From contig CAZPDF010000005.1 of assembly GCA_964585475.1 (NCBI GenBank), positions 3,323 to 67,322 of the forward strand: a stretch of DNA of 64,000 nt, in the 5' to 3' direction. The notes under the pieces were generated by a model. It saw nothing but the letters and a program-made list of their open reading frames with translations. It was not told the DNA's origin and ran no database searches. The position numbers and the translations under genes are program-made. How positions within the stretch are numbered: the stretch's first letter is position 1; each line of letters begins with the position of its first letter. Below, piece after piece: positions 27,885-37,784 of the stretch. The stretch comes from an uncultured Candidatus Saccharibacteria bacterium (GTDB lineage: Bacteria > Patescibacteriota > Minisyncoccia > Sungbacterales > HO2-52-23).

Positions 27885-29221
27885 CTTAAATTATGAACTG
27901 CCGAAACGAATTGTGCTCCGCGGTCAAACTCATTTAAAAAAAGTCCAAAACTTGCCGCCCCGGGAGACAGCAATACATAATCCCCTCTTTCGGCAAGCCC
28001 GTATGCTAGTCGAACGGCATCCTGCATTCTCGGCGCGGTATGAAGCGCCTGATCCCGCTTCCCCGATAGATATTTTTTTAGCTTATCTGTTGCGTTTCCC
28101 GGCAAAAATATTGTGATATCTACCTTTTCTTTGATAGTATCAGCCAGATCAGAAAAGTTAAGTTTTTTGTCCGATCCGCCGCAAATAAGAATTAATTTAT
28201 GCCCTTTTGAAATTTTTTCTCGGAAGCGTTTTAGAGCTGCCATTGTTGCTTCTGGAATGGTTGCGGTCGTATCATTGATAAAATGAACCCCATCCATAAT
28301 CGCTATTTGCTCTTCTCGGCCCTCCAGGCCCCTGAAGGAGCGCAATATTCTTTTCACGGTTGCCTCGGGCACGGAAAAGTGTTTGGCAACCGCCAAGGCG
28401 ATGGCCACGGATGCACGGTAGTGCGCCCCGAGTTTCTCATCCACCAGCGGTATAAATTTTTTTGGCAGGCGTGCCCAAATTATGCGTGAGCGGGCACTTT
28501 GCGCCATGGCTCGGACGGTTTTATCGCCCGGATTCGCAAAAAAGTAATCCCCCTTTTTCTGGTAAGAAAAGACTGTTTTCTTCGCACGCAGATATTCAGC
28601 AAGTGAACCATGCCAATTCAGGTGATCACGGAAAATATTCGTGAGGACGGCGATAGGCGGGCTCTTTCTTTCTTGCGCAAGGTCTTGCAGTTGGAAACTC
28701 GATAATTCAAGTACTGCCCAGTCACCCGCTTTCATCAGCGGAAGAAATTCAAGTACTGATTTGCGTATGTTTCCGCCGAGAAACACCCGTCGCCCTTTTT
28801 TAGCGCGTAGAAACCTCCAGATGAGGAAGGCAGTGGTTGATTTTCCTCGGGTGCCGGTTATTCCGATAATTTTCCCCGGGCATAAATTGAAAAAAATTCC
28901 AACGTCGCTCGTTATTGGAATTCTATGCGATCTTGCTAATTTTAAAAAGGGAGAGCTTGGCGGAACGCCTGGGTTTTTAATAATTAAGTCCTGCGATAAA
29001 AAATCTTTGCGGCGATGGCGGCCCAACACATAGTGAATGCGGCGGTAACGTGAAAGTTGTCGTATGGATTGGCGGAGAGATTTCGGGTTTCGTAGGTCGG
29101 TAACGGTAATTTCGGCCCCCAAGTTAGCTAAAAATTTAGCTGTGCCCGCTCCTCCGCCATGGAGTCCTAGCCCCATCACTAATATGCGCTTTCCGCGAAA
29201 ATCTATCGTACGCCGTTTCAT
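27857..29221 (-). CDS. murD: UDP-MurNAc-L-Ala--D-Glu ligase
   Basis: GITGTRGKSTT, ELSSFQL, DHLNWH, LLSPGAASF. Confidence 0.96.
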   Translation of the reverse strand: MKRRTIDFRGKRILVMGLGLHGGGAGTAKFLANLGAEITVTDLRNPKSLRQSIRQLSRYRRIHYVLGRHRRKDFLSQDLIIKNPGVPPSSPFLKLARSHRIPITSDVGIFFNLCPGKIIGITGTRGKSTTAFLIWRFLRAKKGRRVFLGGNIRKSVLEFLPLMKAGDWAVLELSSFQLQDLAQERKSPPIAVLTNIFRDHLNWHGSLAEYLRAKKTVFSYQKKGDYFFANPGDKTVRAMAQSARSRIIWARLPKKFIPLVDEKLGAHYRASVAIALAVAKHFSVPEATVKRILRSFRGLEGREEQIAIMDGVHFINDTTATIPEATMAALKRFREKISKGHKLILICGGSDKKLNFSDLADTIKEKVDITIFLPGNATDKLKKYLSGKRDQALHTAPRMQDAVRLAYGLAERGDYVLLSPGAASFGLFLNEFDRGAQFVSAVHNLRRSSPNSFS

Positions 29222-30792
29222 GTGCGTTTAATGACATGGCCAGCACGTATTCCGGTGTACCTTCCGTTCTCAACTGCCACTTTGCCGTTAACCAGTACCC
29301 ACTCAATCCCTGAAGGATAGCGAAAGGGGTTTTTATATGTTGCCCGGTCCCGGATGAGCCGCGGATCAAATACAGCGATGTCGGCAAAATTGCCTTTCTT
29401 AAGAACGCCCCGCCCTTTAATGCCGATTCTTTCTGCCGGCCGTGAGGCGATTTTTTGTATCGCTTCTTCCGCCGAAAGAACCTTCAAGTCGTTTACAAAA
29501 TGGTGCCAAAAATGAGAAAATGCGCCGAAGGAACGCGGATGCACGAGATTACCGGATTTTTGCTCTTCCTGCGAATATCCAGCGCCATCAGACGCGACGA
29601 TCGAGTTGGGGTATGCTACGGCGAGGGCTGTATTTTTTGTTGAAAGGGTTTTGCCGACAATTTTTACGCGGCCTTCATTCGCGCGGATGGTATCAAGGAT
29701 GGCTTCGGCAGGCCGAAGGCCTGAATGTTCGGCAATTTCTGCGAGTGTTTTGCCGACTATGGAATTCATTTTTGCCGAGACAATAAGAATTTTATCATAA
29801 TGGAGGGTGGATGCCTCGATGGCTTCAATTATCCTTTCTCGCTCGTCAGGTTTCCTGATTTTTTGAAATAGTTCCCGGAAACCGTTTTCCCGCGCCCAAG
29901 ACGGTACTAGAAGGTACAAAAGTGAGCCCGTGGTGCTATACGGAGACACGTCAAAGGTAATATCCGCTCCGGAGGTACTGGCGTTTTGTATCATCTCAAG
30001 GGCTTTCGGGAGAGCCGGCCACGTCTTTCTACCTATGGCTTTCAAGTGGCTGATTTCTACCGGAATTGCGGCCTCGCGCGAAATTCTAATAACCTCATTG
30101 ATGCTTGCAATTAGTTCTCTCCCCTCGGAGCGGAGATGGATTTTTAAGAGTCCCCCCTGTTCTTTAAGAGGCGCGCATAAATCAAGTAGTTCTTCCGTGG
30201 CGGCAACCCGCTCGTGGCCGTAGGCAAGACCGAGCGAGAATCCAAATGCTCCTTCTTTCAACCCCTCGCTAAGAAGAAGTTTTACCCGCGCTCTCTCATC
30301 TATATTCAGGGATCGTGATTCCCCTCCAATGACTCCGCGCCGTAGCGTTCCGTGTCCCACCAATGTTCCAAAGTTAATCCCGAGCCGCAGTTTTGCAACC
30401 TCATCCAGAAATTCGCCAACCCGAGTCCAATTTACATTAATCTCTGATGGATTGGCCCATTTGCGCACCGCCTCAAGCGCATGGCTACTGCCGAGAGGCG
30501 CCAAAGATGCTCCGCAATTTCCTCCGATTATCGTTGTCACCCCCTGCATAAGAAGCGACTCCTGTGCCGGATATTTAAATAGCGTAAGATGGGTATCCGA
30601 ATGGTTGGTAATATCAATGAAACCGGGGGTCACGTATTTTCCGGCAGCATCCACGATTATTTTTGCTTGAGGAGGATCAAGCGAGCCGATGGCAGCGATT
30701 TCTTTGCCGTTTATGCCAACATCAACCGTCCGCATCTTGGTTTTGGTGCCGTCGAGCACCGCCCCGCCTTTGATGATAATGTCGTAAGCCAT
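29218..30792 (-). CDS. N-acyl-D-amino-acid deacylase family amidohydrolase
   Basis: PGFIDITNHSD, QGVTT..GNCG, HLRSEG, HPRSFG, ADIAVFDP. Confidence 0.88.
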   Translation of the reverse strand: MAYDIIIKGGAVLDGTKTKMRTVDVGINGKEIAAIGSLDPPQAKIIVDAAGKYVTPGFIDITNHSDTHLTLFKYPAQESLLMQGVTTIIGGNCGASLAPLGSSHALEAVRKWANPSEINVNWTRVGEFLDEVAKLRLGINFGTLVGHGTLRRGVIGGESRSLNIDERARVKLLLSEGLKEGAFGFSLGLAYGHERVAATEELLDLCAPLKEQGGLLKIHLRSEGRELIASINEVIRISREAAIPVEISHLKAIGRKTWPALPKALEMIQNASTSGADITFDVSPYSTTGSLLYLLVPSWARENGFRELFQKIRKPDERERIIEAIEASTLHYDKILIVSAKMNSIVGKTLAEIAEHSGLRPAEAILDTIRANEGRVKIVGKTLSTKNTALAVAYPNSIVASDGAGYSQEEQKSGNLVHPRSFGAFSHFWHHFVNDLKVLSAEEAIQKIASRPAERIGIKGRGVLKKGNFADIAVFDPRLIRDRATYKNPFRYPSGIEWVLVNGKVAVENGRYTGIRAGHVIKRT

Positions 30793-30883
30793 ATCTTATA
30801 TTATATCAGTTAATGACGTTTTTCTGCAAAGAAACCTCGGTTTCTGGCCGAGGAAGGATATTTAGCTGTTCTGGTCGGAGCGA

Positions 30884-32065
30884 TTAGCGCCCTATCAACG
30901 CAATGGCCATACCTATAATTGCGGCCACTACGCTAATCACCCAAAATCTCATCGTGACTTTATACGGAGGCCATCCCAGGGCCTCAAAATGATGATGGAG
31001 GGGCGCTATAAGAAACACCTTTTTTCCGCGAAAACGCTTGGATGCGAATTGGATGATGTCAGACACAACTTCAGCCATCAGTATAAGGCCAATAATGGGC
31101 AGAACCACGACCGAATCGGTAAGAAAGGCAACTACAGTGAGAGAGGTGGTAAGTCCGAGGATGCCCGATTCCCCCATATAGAAGCGGGCCGGAGGGATAT
31201 TGAACCAAAGAAAGGCAAGAATGGCTCCGAGAATGACGGCGGCAAATGCGGCCACATCAATCTGTCCTCTGAAAAATGCTATACCCGCATAGGCCGCAAA
31301 AGCGGAGGCAAAAACCCCGCCTGCCAAACCGTCAATGCCATCCACGATGCTGGAAGAAAAAAGCAGGATCATGGTGAATATAAAAAGCGGTATGTACCAA
31401 AGGCCTAGATAAAGATCTCCGAAGCCGGGGATATAAATGGCCCGCCAATCAAGCTTGAAATAAAACCACCAGGCGCCGGCAGCGGCAATGAGAAATACGA
31501 CCAAAAGCCGGTGGCGGAATTTTACCCCCCCACCTTCCTGGATGCCTTGCCTCCATGGCTTAAGAACGGCTAGGAGCTTGCGAGTAAAAGAAATTTTGGG
31601 TGTGACTTCGTTTGAAAAGGTGGGGGGGTTTATTCCCCCGGCAACATATCCGCCGCGTCCGTACACTTGCAAGAGATCGTCAACTAATCCTAAAACGGAA
31701 GCGGCGAGAAGTATAAATAACGGAAGCCATGTCTGATTTCTTGAAAGAAAATTTGCTTTATCCCAAAATGAACTATCGGTGGCGTAGGCCACAAGCCAGA
31801 TAATAAGCGCCAAGGCAATGGTGGTTGCCCAGATGAGCACCCCGCCCAGACGCGGCACGCTAACCTCGCGATCTTTATGCAGGGCCGCAAACAAAGGGGT
31901 TTGAGATCCGTCCGGAGACAGCGTACGCACTTCTTTCCGCCAGAGCTTATGGGTATAGAGAAATTTGGTAAGAAGCGGCGTCCAAAGAATGGCCAAGACG
32001 AAAGATACGGCGGAGAGGCCGAATACTTTGATGACGCTTACAATGTTGTTAACTTGGGACTCCAT
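30884..32065 (-). CDS. mraY: Phospho-N-acetylmuramoyl-pentapeptide transferase with a 36-aa insertion
   Basis: GLVDD, DGIDGL, FNIPPARFYMGE, APLHHHFE. Confidence 0.95.
   Translation of the reverse strand: MESQVNNIVSVIKVFGLSAVSFVLAILWTPLLTKFLYTHKLWRKEVRTLSPDGSQTPLFAALHKDREVSVPRLGGVLIWATTIALALIIWLVAYATDSSFWDKANFLSRNQTWLPLFILLAASVLGLVDDLLQVYGRGGYVAGGINPPTFSNEVTPKISFTRKLLAVLKPWRQGIQEGGGVKFRHRLLVVFLIAAAGAWWFYFKLDWRAIYIPGFGDLYLGLWYIPLFIFTMILLFSSSIVDGIDGLAGGVFASAFAAYAGIAFFRGQIDVAAFAAVILGAILAFLWFNIPPARFYMGESGILGLTTSLTVVAFLTDSVVVLPIIGLILMAEVVSDIIQFASKRFRGKKVFLIAPLHHHFEALGWPPYKVTMRFWVISVVAAIIGMAIALIGR
31525..31628. mobile_element. 104-bp CCCC-end element in frame in mraY, TTTA duplication
   Basis: TIR cccccccacctt/aaggtggggggg; TTTA at 31521-31524 and 31629-31632. 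Confidence 0.85.
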
Positions 32066-32067
32066 AT

Positions 32068-32220
32068 CTTTACGAAATACGAATTAGTACGAATTTACGA
32101 ATTCTCCGGAACCGACATACGAATAGATTAACACGGTTCCGGTTACGAATAGTTCGTACCCGAACGCCCAGATGCGTATACGGCGTTAGGTACATCCGTA
32201 AAAATTCGTATTTCGTAAAG
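32068..32220. repeat. Inverted ACGAAT array element filling the dacA-mraY gap
   Basis: ctttacgaaatacgaat...attcgtatttcgtaaag. Confidence 0.85.
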
Positions 32221-33189
32221 CTAAAAACTTTCTTCGAGCCACTGAATCAGTTTTCTTCCGTCTTCGAATCTATCCTCCGATCCAAGAATGATGATGGCGG
32301 CGGCCCCGCGCGGCCTGACAGGATAGATAAGAAGCAGTGCCCCTTTCGCTTCATCGGTGAAGCCGGTTTTTCCTCCAAGGATGGCCGGAAACTCTTTCAG
32401 AAGGATATTGGTATTGAACAGAGAATATTCGCGTCCGGATACGGAATAGATTTTTGTTTCTATATTTCGTGAAATTTCCCAGATTTGGCGGTGATTATAC
32501 CACGCGTATTCCGCGAGGTCTGCCAAGTTCTCCACTGTGCTAAGGTGACTCTCTTCGTCCAAGCCGGTCGGATTCCGGAAGGAGGAATTTCTCATTCCAA
32601 GCACACGAGCGCGGTTATTCATCAGATCGACAAAGGTTTTAATCCGATCTTCAAACGTGCCGCCGCCCTTATTTTCGCCCGCGGCTTCAGCCAAGGCCAG
32701 GGCGGCGTCGTTAGCGGAATTGATCAAAGCAAGGCGTATGGCATCATCACGGAAAAAAATTTCTCCGGCCGGTGCCGCGCTCAATTTCGGCTCGGCACGA
32801 AGTTTCGAGTCATTTGAGAGACGGATTTTATCGGTCGCCTCCAATTCCTCTCGCGCAACAGCGGCAGTCAAAATTTTGGTCAAACTTGCCGGGGCAAGAC
32901 GTTTTTCCGGACGCCGTGACAGAAGCGGGCGAATATCTCCGAAGAGACGGACCAAATACGCTTCTGCATCTATATTCGGCTCCGGGATATTTTTTTTCAC
33001 CGTTGGAGTTTCTTCCGCCGTTGCGACGGCTGTGTGACGCGATTCTCTAGGCAGGTTTTCGTCTCTTGAGTAGTAGTTGAAACCTCCGTGGAGTGCGGAG
33101 AGAAGAACAGGCACGCTTATAAGAAGCCCCAGAGTTTCGATTATAATCCGGCGTTTTTCAAATGGATCGCGAGGCACCAAAAAAACCAT
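32221..33189 (-). CDS. dacA: D-alanyl-D-alanine carboxypeptidase (S11)
   Basis: ASLTK (SxxK), SAN, GKTG. Confidence 0.9.
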   Translation of the reverse strand: MVFLVPRDPFEKRRIIIETLGLLISVPVLLSALHGGFNYYSRDENLPRESRHTAVATAEETPTVKKNIPEPNIDAEAYLVRLFGDIRPLLSRRPEKRLAPASLTKILTAAVAREELEATDKIRLSNDSKLRAEPKLSAAPAGEIFFRDDAIRLALINSANDAALALAEAAGENKGGGTFEDRIKTFVDLMNNRARVLGMRNSSFRNPTGLDEESHLSTVENLADLAEYAWYNHRQIWEISRNIETKIYSVSGREYSLFNTNILLKEFPAILGGKTGFTDEAKGALLLIYPVRPRGAAAIIILGSEDRFEDGRKLIQWLEESF

Positions 33190-33213
33190 GATTAGGCGTT
33201 CTCCTTATCTTTA

Positions 33214-33297
33214 CCCGGTAGTAGTCGTCGACAACATTCGTCTTTTGTCGAGCACTCAACGTATTGAGTGCTCGACAGTCGAAGAGTTACTACCGGG
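33214..33297. mobile_element. 84-bp CCC-end element with nested 32-bp hairpin, over the scpB 3' end
   Basis: TIR cccggtagta/tactaccggg, flanks TTTA/CTTA; inner tgtcgagcactcaa/ttgagtgctcgaca. Confidence 0.8.
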
Positions 33298-33822
33298 CTT
33301 AGTTTCAAATATTTCCATCTTTTCTTTTTCAAATTCGGTAAAATGCGGCAGTTCTTGAATGCGAGTAACCCCGAGATACTTCAAAAATTCGGCACCTACG
33401 CTATAAAGATACGACCGGGCGTCTTTGGGGTTATCTATCCGTTCCACCAGCCCCCGCATTAAAAGATTTCGAAGGGTAAAGGATGAATTAACGCCCCGGA
33501 TGTATTCAACCTCGGCTCGGGTCAGCGGCCCCTTATAAGCGATAATGCTCAAGGTCTCCAAAGCCGCTCGGGAAAGTTCTTCCGTAAACTCGTTTTTTAC
33601 GAGATCCTCCACATAGCGGGAATTTTCCGGACTTGAACCGAGCTGCCATTTGTCTTCATGGCGGATTAGCGTAAAACCGCGATTGGCATAGTCCCCGGCA
33701 AGTTCTTCAAGGGCGGAGACCACCTCTTCTTTTTTTGCTTTGGTGATTTTGGCAAGCTTTTCCAAAGCCAGCGCCTCCCCGTGGACGAAAAGAATTGTTT
33801 CGAGTATGGATTTAAGGGCCAT
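33256..33822 (-). CDS. scpB: SMC-Scp complex subunit ScpB
   Basis: LSRAALETLSIIAYKGPLTRAEVEYIRGVNS. Confidence 0.95.
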   Translation of the reverse strand: MALKSILETILFVHGEALALEKLAKITKAKKEEVVSALEELAGDYANRGFTLIRHEDKWQLGSSPENSRYVEDLVKNEFTEELSRAALETLSIIAYKGPLTRAEVEYIRGVNSSFTLRNLLMRGLVERIDNPKDARSYLYSVGAEFLKYLGVTRIQELPHFTEFEKEKMEIFETKPGSNSSTVEHSIR

Positions 33823-33859
33823 TTCAGTTTACTAAAGTCATTCGTATGCCACCTGTGCG

Positions 33860-34561
33860 TTAAAGACGCTTAATTCTGATATCAGCAAAGATTTTGTCCT
33901 GTTTTAGTTCGACAAACCTCTGTTTGGCAAGTTCGAGTATGGCGAGAAAACTTACAATAACTTCCACCTTTTCTTTGGTTCCCAGAACTAGGTCCGAGAA
34001 AGCCCGTTCGATGGTATCTTGCAGGAAAGAGCGGATATGCATAATTTTTTCCTCAAGCGAAATTATCTTTTTAATTTTTTCCTCGGCGAGCCGTTCAATT
34101 TTGGGTAGTGAGGCGAGAAAAGAGCGGAAAATCTGGGCAAGTACACTCGAATTTAATTTTGGCGGAGGATAGAAGACGGGCTCCATTCCGAAGTACGCCT
34201 CGCGGGTGAGAATATAACGTTTTTTCGACTCCACCTCCCGCAATTCTTTCATGAGCTCGCGGATTTGTTGAAGTTTCTTAAGACGCATTTCCAGCTCATC
34301 AATAGAGACCTCTTCCTCCTCCGATAATTTGAGATTAGGAAGGAGAGTTTTGGATTTGATAAGGAGAAGTTCGGCTGCGATTACCAAAAACTCAGCAAGT
34401 TCCTCCGGATCAATCTTGCCTAAGGTTTTGAGATGCTTAATGTAGCCATCCGTTACCTTAGCCAGCGATATTTCAGAAATAGAGAGTTTCTCCTTGTCTA
34501 TGAGGTCAAGCAACAATTCAAGCGGCCCTTCGAATTTATCCTGTTTTACCACATAGGCCAT
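33860..34561 (-). CDS. scpA: Segregation and condensation protein ScpA
   Basis: FEGPLELLLDLI, IKSKTLLP, FLAILEL. Confidence 0.95.
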   Translation of the reverse strand: MAYVVKQDKFEGPLELLLDLIDKEKLSISEISLAKVTDGYIKHLKTLGKIDPEELAEFLVIAAELLLIKSKTLLPNLKLSEEEEVSIDELEMRLKKLQQIRELMKELREVESKKRYILTREAYFGMEPVFYPPPKLNSSVLAQIFRSFLASLPKIERLAEEKIKKIISLEEKIMHIRSFLQDTIERAFSDLVLGTKEKVEVIVSFLAILELAKQRFVELKQDKIFADIRIKRL

Positions 34562-34591
34562 AGTGTTACTCTAAACGAGATTTTGTTCGCG

Positions 34592-35986
34592 TTATTTCCT
34601 TTTGGTTTTAATTTCAAGGCCGAGCTCCTTAAGCTGGCTCGCATCAATTTCGGATGGAGCATCCATCATAAGATCCCGGGCATCCCCTGTTTTTGGAAAA
34701 GCGATGACTTCGCGAATATTTGGTTCACCCGCGAGCACCATAATTAACCGGTCGATCCCTGGGGCAATTCCTCCGTGCGGAGGAACGCCATATTCAAACG
34801 CCTCTAACATATGCCCGAATTTTTTCCTGATATTTTCTTTGACATTACCCATGATTTCAAAGACCGTCTCGAGCATCTTGGGATCATGGATTCTTATAGA
34901 TCCGCCGCCTATCTCATATCCGTTTAGAACAAAGTCATATTGCTCGGCTAATTGTCCCTCTGGGTTCCGCCGTAATTCCTCCGGATCTTTGGTTTTTGGT
35001 GCGGTAAATGGATGGTGCACCGCGTCCCATCTCTTTTCTTCTTTTTTCCACTCAAAAACCGGAAAGTCAACTACGAAAAGAAAAGCGAGCTCATTAGGGT
35101 CGTTTTTATTCTTTCTTAAATCCGGCTTATCGGTTCCGTATTTTTCCATGACTTCCCCGTAGGATGGGCGCGGGAACGGTATGGAGGTGATATGTTTTTC
35201 GGGACAGACCCTTTTTACAATATTTATGTAAAGATCCTCGGTGAGATTTAGTATCTCTTCTTGGGTGGTGAAACTCATCTCCAAGTCGAGTTGCGTAAAC
35301 TCCGGCTGTCGGTCCCCCCTCGTATCTTCGTCACGGAAACAACGCGGGATCTGAAAATAACGCTCGATACCAGCCACCATAAGAAGCTGCTTGTATTGCT
35401 GCGGGGATTGCGGCAAGGCGTAAAACTTTCCCGGATAGAGACGCGAAGGCACCACATAATCACGTGCACCCTCGGGAGTGGATTTCGTGATAATCGGAGT
35501 CTCAACTTCAATAAAGTCATTTTCGTGAAGGTATTGACGTATAAAAGAAACTACTTTATCTCGCAAAATCAGATTTTTTTTCAACCGGTCGCGGCGAAGA
35601 TCCAAATAACGGTACTTTAAGCGATTCTCCTCCCCTATCTCATAGCCTTCAGTGTCCAGAGCAAAAGGAGGAGTTTTTGACTCATTTAAAATTGTGAGTT
35701 TTTTTGCCTCTATCTCAATCGTTCCGGTTGGAAGGTCGGGATTTTCCATATTCTCGGGTCGTTCTTTTACCGTCCCCTCCACGGAGACAACCCATTCCGG
35801 ACGCAGGCGACTTGCCTCCTCAAGTAGAGAGGCATTTTTGGGATTAAAAACTACTTGCACTATCCCCCATCGATCACGAAGATCAATGAAGATAAGCTTT
35901 CCATGATCGCGTCTCGTTTGCACCCAACCCATAAGGGTAACTAATTCACCCATTTTATTTACCGTATCCTTAGTCAGTGTTCGCAT
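34592..35986 (-). CDS. aspS: Aspartate--tRNA ligase, short form lacking most of the GAD insertion
   Basis: FIDLRDR, RYLDLRR, QSPQQYKQ, FRDED, PPHGGIAPG. Confidence 0.96.
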   Translation of the reverse strand: MRTLTKDTVNKMGELVTLMGWVQTRRDHGKLIFIDLRDRWGIVQVVFNPKNASLLEEASRLRPEWVVSVEGTVKERPENMENPDLPTGTIEIEAKKLTILNESKTPPFALDTEGYEIGEENRLKYRYLDLRRDRLKKNLILRDKVVSFIRQYLHENDFIEVETPIITKSTPEGARDYVVPSRLYPGKFYALPQSPQQYKQLLMVAGIERYFQIPRCFRDEDTRGDRQPEFTQLDLEMSFTTQEEILNLTEDLYINIVKRVCPEKHITSIPFPRPSYGEVMEKYGTDKPDLRKNKNDPNELAFLFVVDFPVFEWKKEEKRWDAVHHPFTAPKTKDPEELRRNPEGQLAEQYDFVLNGYEIGGGSIRIHDPKMLETVFEIMGNVKENIRKKFGHMLEAFEYGVPPHGGIAPGIDRLIMVLAGEPNIREVIAFPKTGDARDLMMDAPSEIDASQLKELGLEIKTKRK

Positions 35987-36076
35987 GGGAGGTAATATAA
36001 CATAAGTTCTCTAAATTTTCAATTAAAAATTAGAGAATTAGGGCTTGATTGGAAATTGAAAAGTGATAATTGGAAA

Positions 36077-37699
36077 TTACTTTTGTCGAATAGGCAATTC
36101 TATAAAAAACGTGCTTCCCTTCCCCACCCCCTCTGACTCGGCCCCAATCCATCCTCCGTGGTCCTCCACAACTCGTCTCGCAAAATATACACCGAGTCCC
36201 ATGCCTTCCGGATCTACTTTTCTCGATTCTTCAGTTCGAAAGAATTTAGTAAATAGACGCTCCTGGTCAACCTCTTTTAGACCGATGCCGCTATCGCGAA
36301 TGCTTACCCTCGCAAGATTTTTTCCATCTCTCGTGGTTTTTTCTACCCGAATATGGATCTCTCCCCCATTCGGAGAATATTTTATGGCATTATCCGTGAG
36401 GTTATTGATGGCTTCCCGCACTTTATCGGAATCGAATAAAAACGGTTCTATTGGTGCGGCTTTATCAACCGTAAGGGTAAGGTTTTTTTTCTCAGCCAGG
36501 GGCCGAAATTCTTCTGCCACGCTTTCTACTACGCTACTTATATTATGCTCGATGAATTTGTAGCGTATGGTACCGGCTTCAATGCGAGAAAGATTAAGAA
36601 GGTCCGTGACAAGTTTTACCAATTGGTTGGTTGAAAGAAAAATTTTTCTTATCGCATCTTTTGCCCCTATGCTCAAATTACCGAGTGTTCCTTCAGCCAG
36701 TACCGAAGAATATCCCCGGATGACGGTTAAGGGAGTCCGCAACTGATGGGACGCTACGGAAATGAATTCTGACTTTGCCTGATCAAGCCGCAGGAGTTCT
36801 TCGTTGCTTTTCTCAAGCTTTTTTGCCAGTTTGCTAATATGCTCTTTATCCCGTACTTCTTTTACACTTGCCCGTATAAGCAGCATGCCAACCATAGTGG
36901 AGATTATCAGGATAGAACCATTGATGAGCATTTCCGCATTATCGCGGCTTAGCAGAAACCTAACTAAAAGTATAAGGGAAAGCAAACTAACAAAAATTTC
37001 TACCGCAATTATTTTTACATTCAAAAGATTATGGCGGATAATTGCAAATCCTATGAAGCTTACCATGATAAGCGTACTTATGGGCCCCATAAAAATATAT
37101 TGATGCGTGGAAAATTGCGTAAGGAAAACATTGGTAATACCGGAGATAATCGAGGTGGCGAGAGTTCCCAGGATGACCAGAAGAATTTGAGTTTTAATGC
37201 TTTTCTCGACGGATTCATAGTAATTTTTTATGAGTCGCCGAAAAGCGTCTCCGAGGGTGATGACAAAAAATAGAATATAAAGGGAATGTAACGGGCCCAG
37301 AGCTATAATTTTATTAGGTGATGCAAGGTTAGAGATTCCTACGATGAAGCCCGGAAGAAAGAGAGCAAGACAAATATTGAGAAAACCGCCAATCAAGATT
37401 ATGTTGCGAAGACGTTTTGGGACGACAGACAACGGCGATCCGAAATAAATTGCAAAGTGCCAGAAACTTGCCATGATAATAACCCCCGCAATAAAGGAAG
37501 CGGCAAGACTGTAGAATGCAACCGAGGACTCGGTGGTGAAACGAAGAGAAATAATTGCTACTACCCAAAGTATAATTCCCAGGACGGTAATGGCGTAACT
37601 TATATCCGCGCTTTTTCTTGGTCCGTGAGCAAAAATAATGATAGCAAGGAGTACGTTTACTACTCCGGCCATGACAAGCAGGATTGAAATTGTATCCAT
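36077..37699 (-). CDS. Sensor histidine kinase with multi-TM N-terminus
   Basis: SHQLRTPL, NLTDNAIKY, DSGIG, GMGLG. Confidence 0.93.
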   Translation of the reverse strand: MDTISILLVMAGVVNVLLAIIIFAHGPRKSADISYAITVLGIILWVVAIISLRFTTESSVAFYSLAASFIAGVIIMASFWHFAIYFGSPLSVVPKRLRNIILIGGFLNICLALFLPGFIVGISNLASPNKIIALGPLHSLYILFFVITLGDAFRRLIKNYYESVEKSIKTQILLVILGTLATSIISGITNVFLTQFSTHQYIFMGPISTLIMVSFIGFAIIRHNLLNVKIIAVEIFVSLLSLILLVRFLLSRDNAEMLINGSILIISTMVGMLLIRASVKEVRDKEHISKLAKKLEKSNEELLRLDQAKSEFISVASHQLRTPLTVIRGYSSVLAEGTLGNLSIGAKDAIRKIFLSTNQLVKLVTDLLNLSRIEAGTIRYKFIEHNISSVVESVAEEFRPLAEKKNLTLTVDKAAPIEPFLFDSDKVREAINNLTDNAIKYSPNGGEIHIRVEKTTRDGKNLARVSIRDSGIGLKEVDQERLFTKFFRTEESRKVDPEGMGLGVYFARRVVEDHGGWIGAESEGVGKGSTFFIELPIRQK

Positions 37700-37731
37700 A
37701 GAATCAGAGTTCTAGTATATGAATTAAAAAA

Positions 37732-37763
37732 ACCTCACAGGTATAATATCACACCCGTGAGGT
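37732..37763 (-). terminator. Intrinsic terminator after the fabH-like gene
   Basis: acctcac.ggt...acc.gtgaggt followed by a T tract on the minus strand. Confidence 0.65.
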
Positions 37764-37784
37764 GCTATCCAGCTTTTGGCTGGT

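Noticed and set aside
34592-35986. Short AspS (and HhH-less UvrC) as pseudogenes
   Set aside because: Frames and catalytic motifs are intact; streamlined forms are plausible in reduced genomes.
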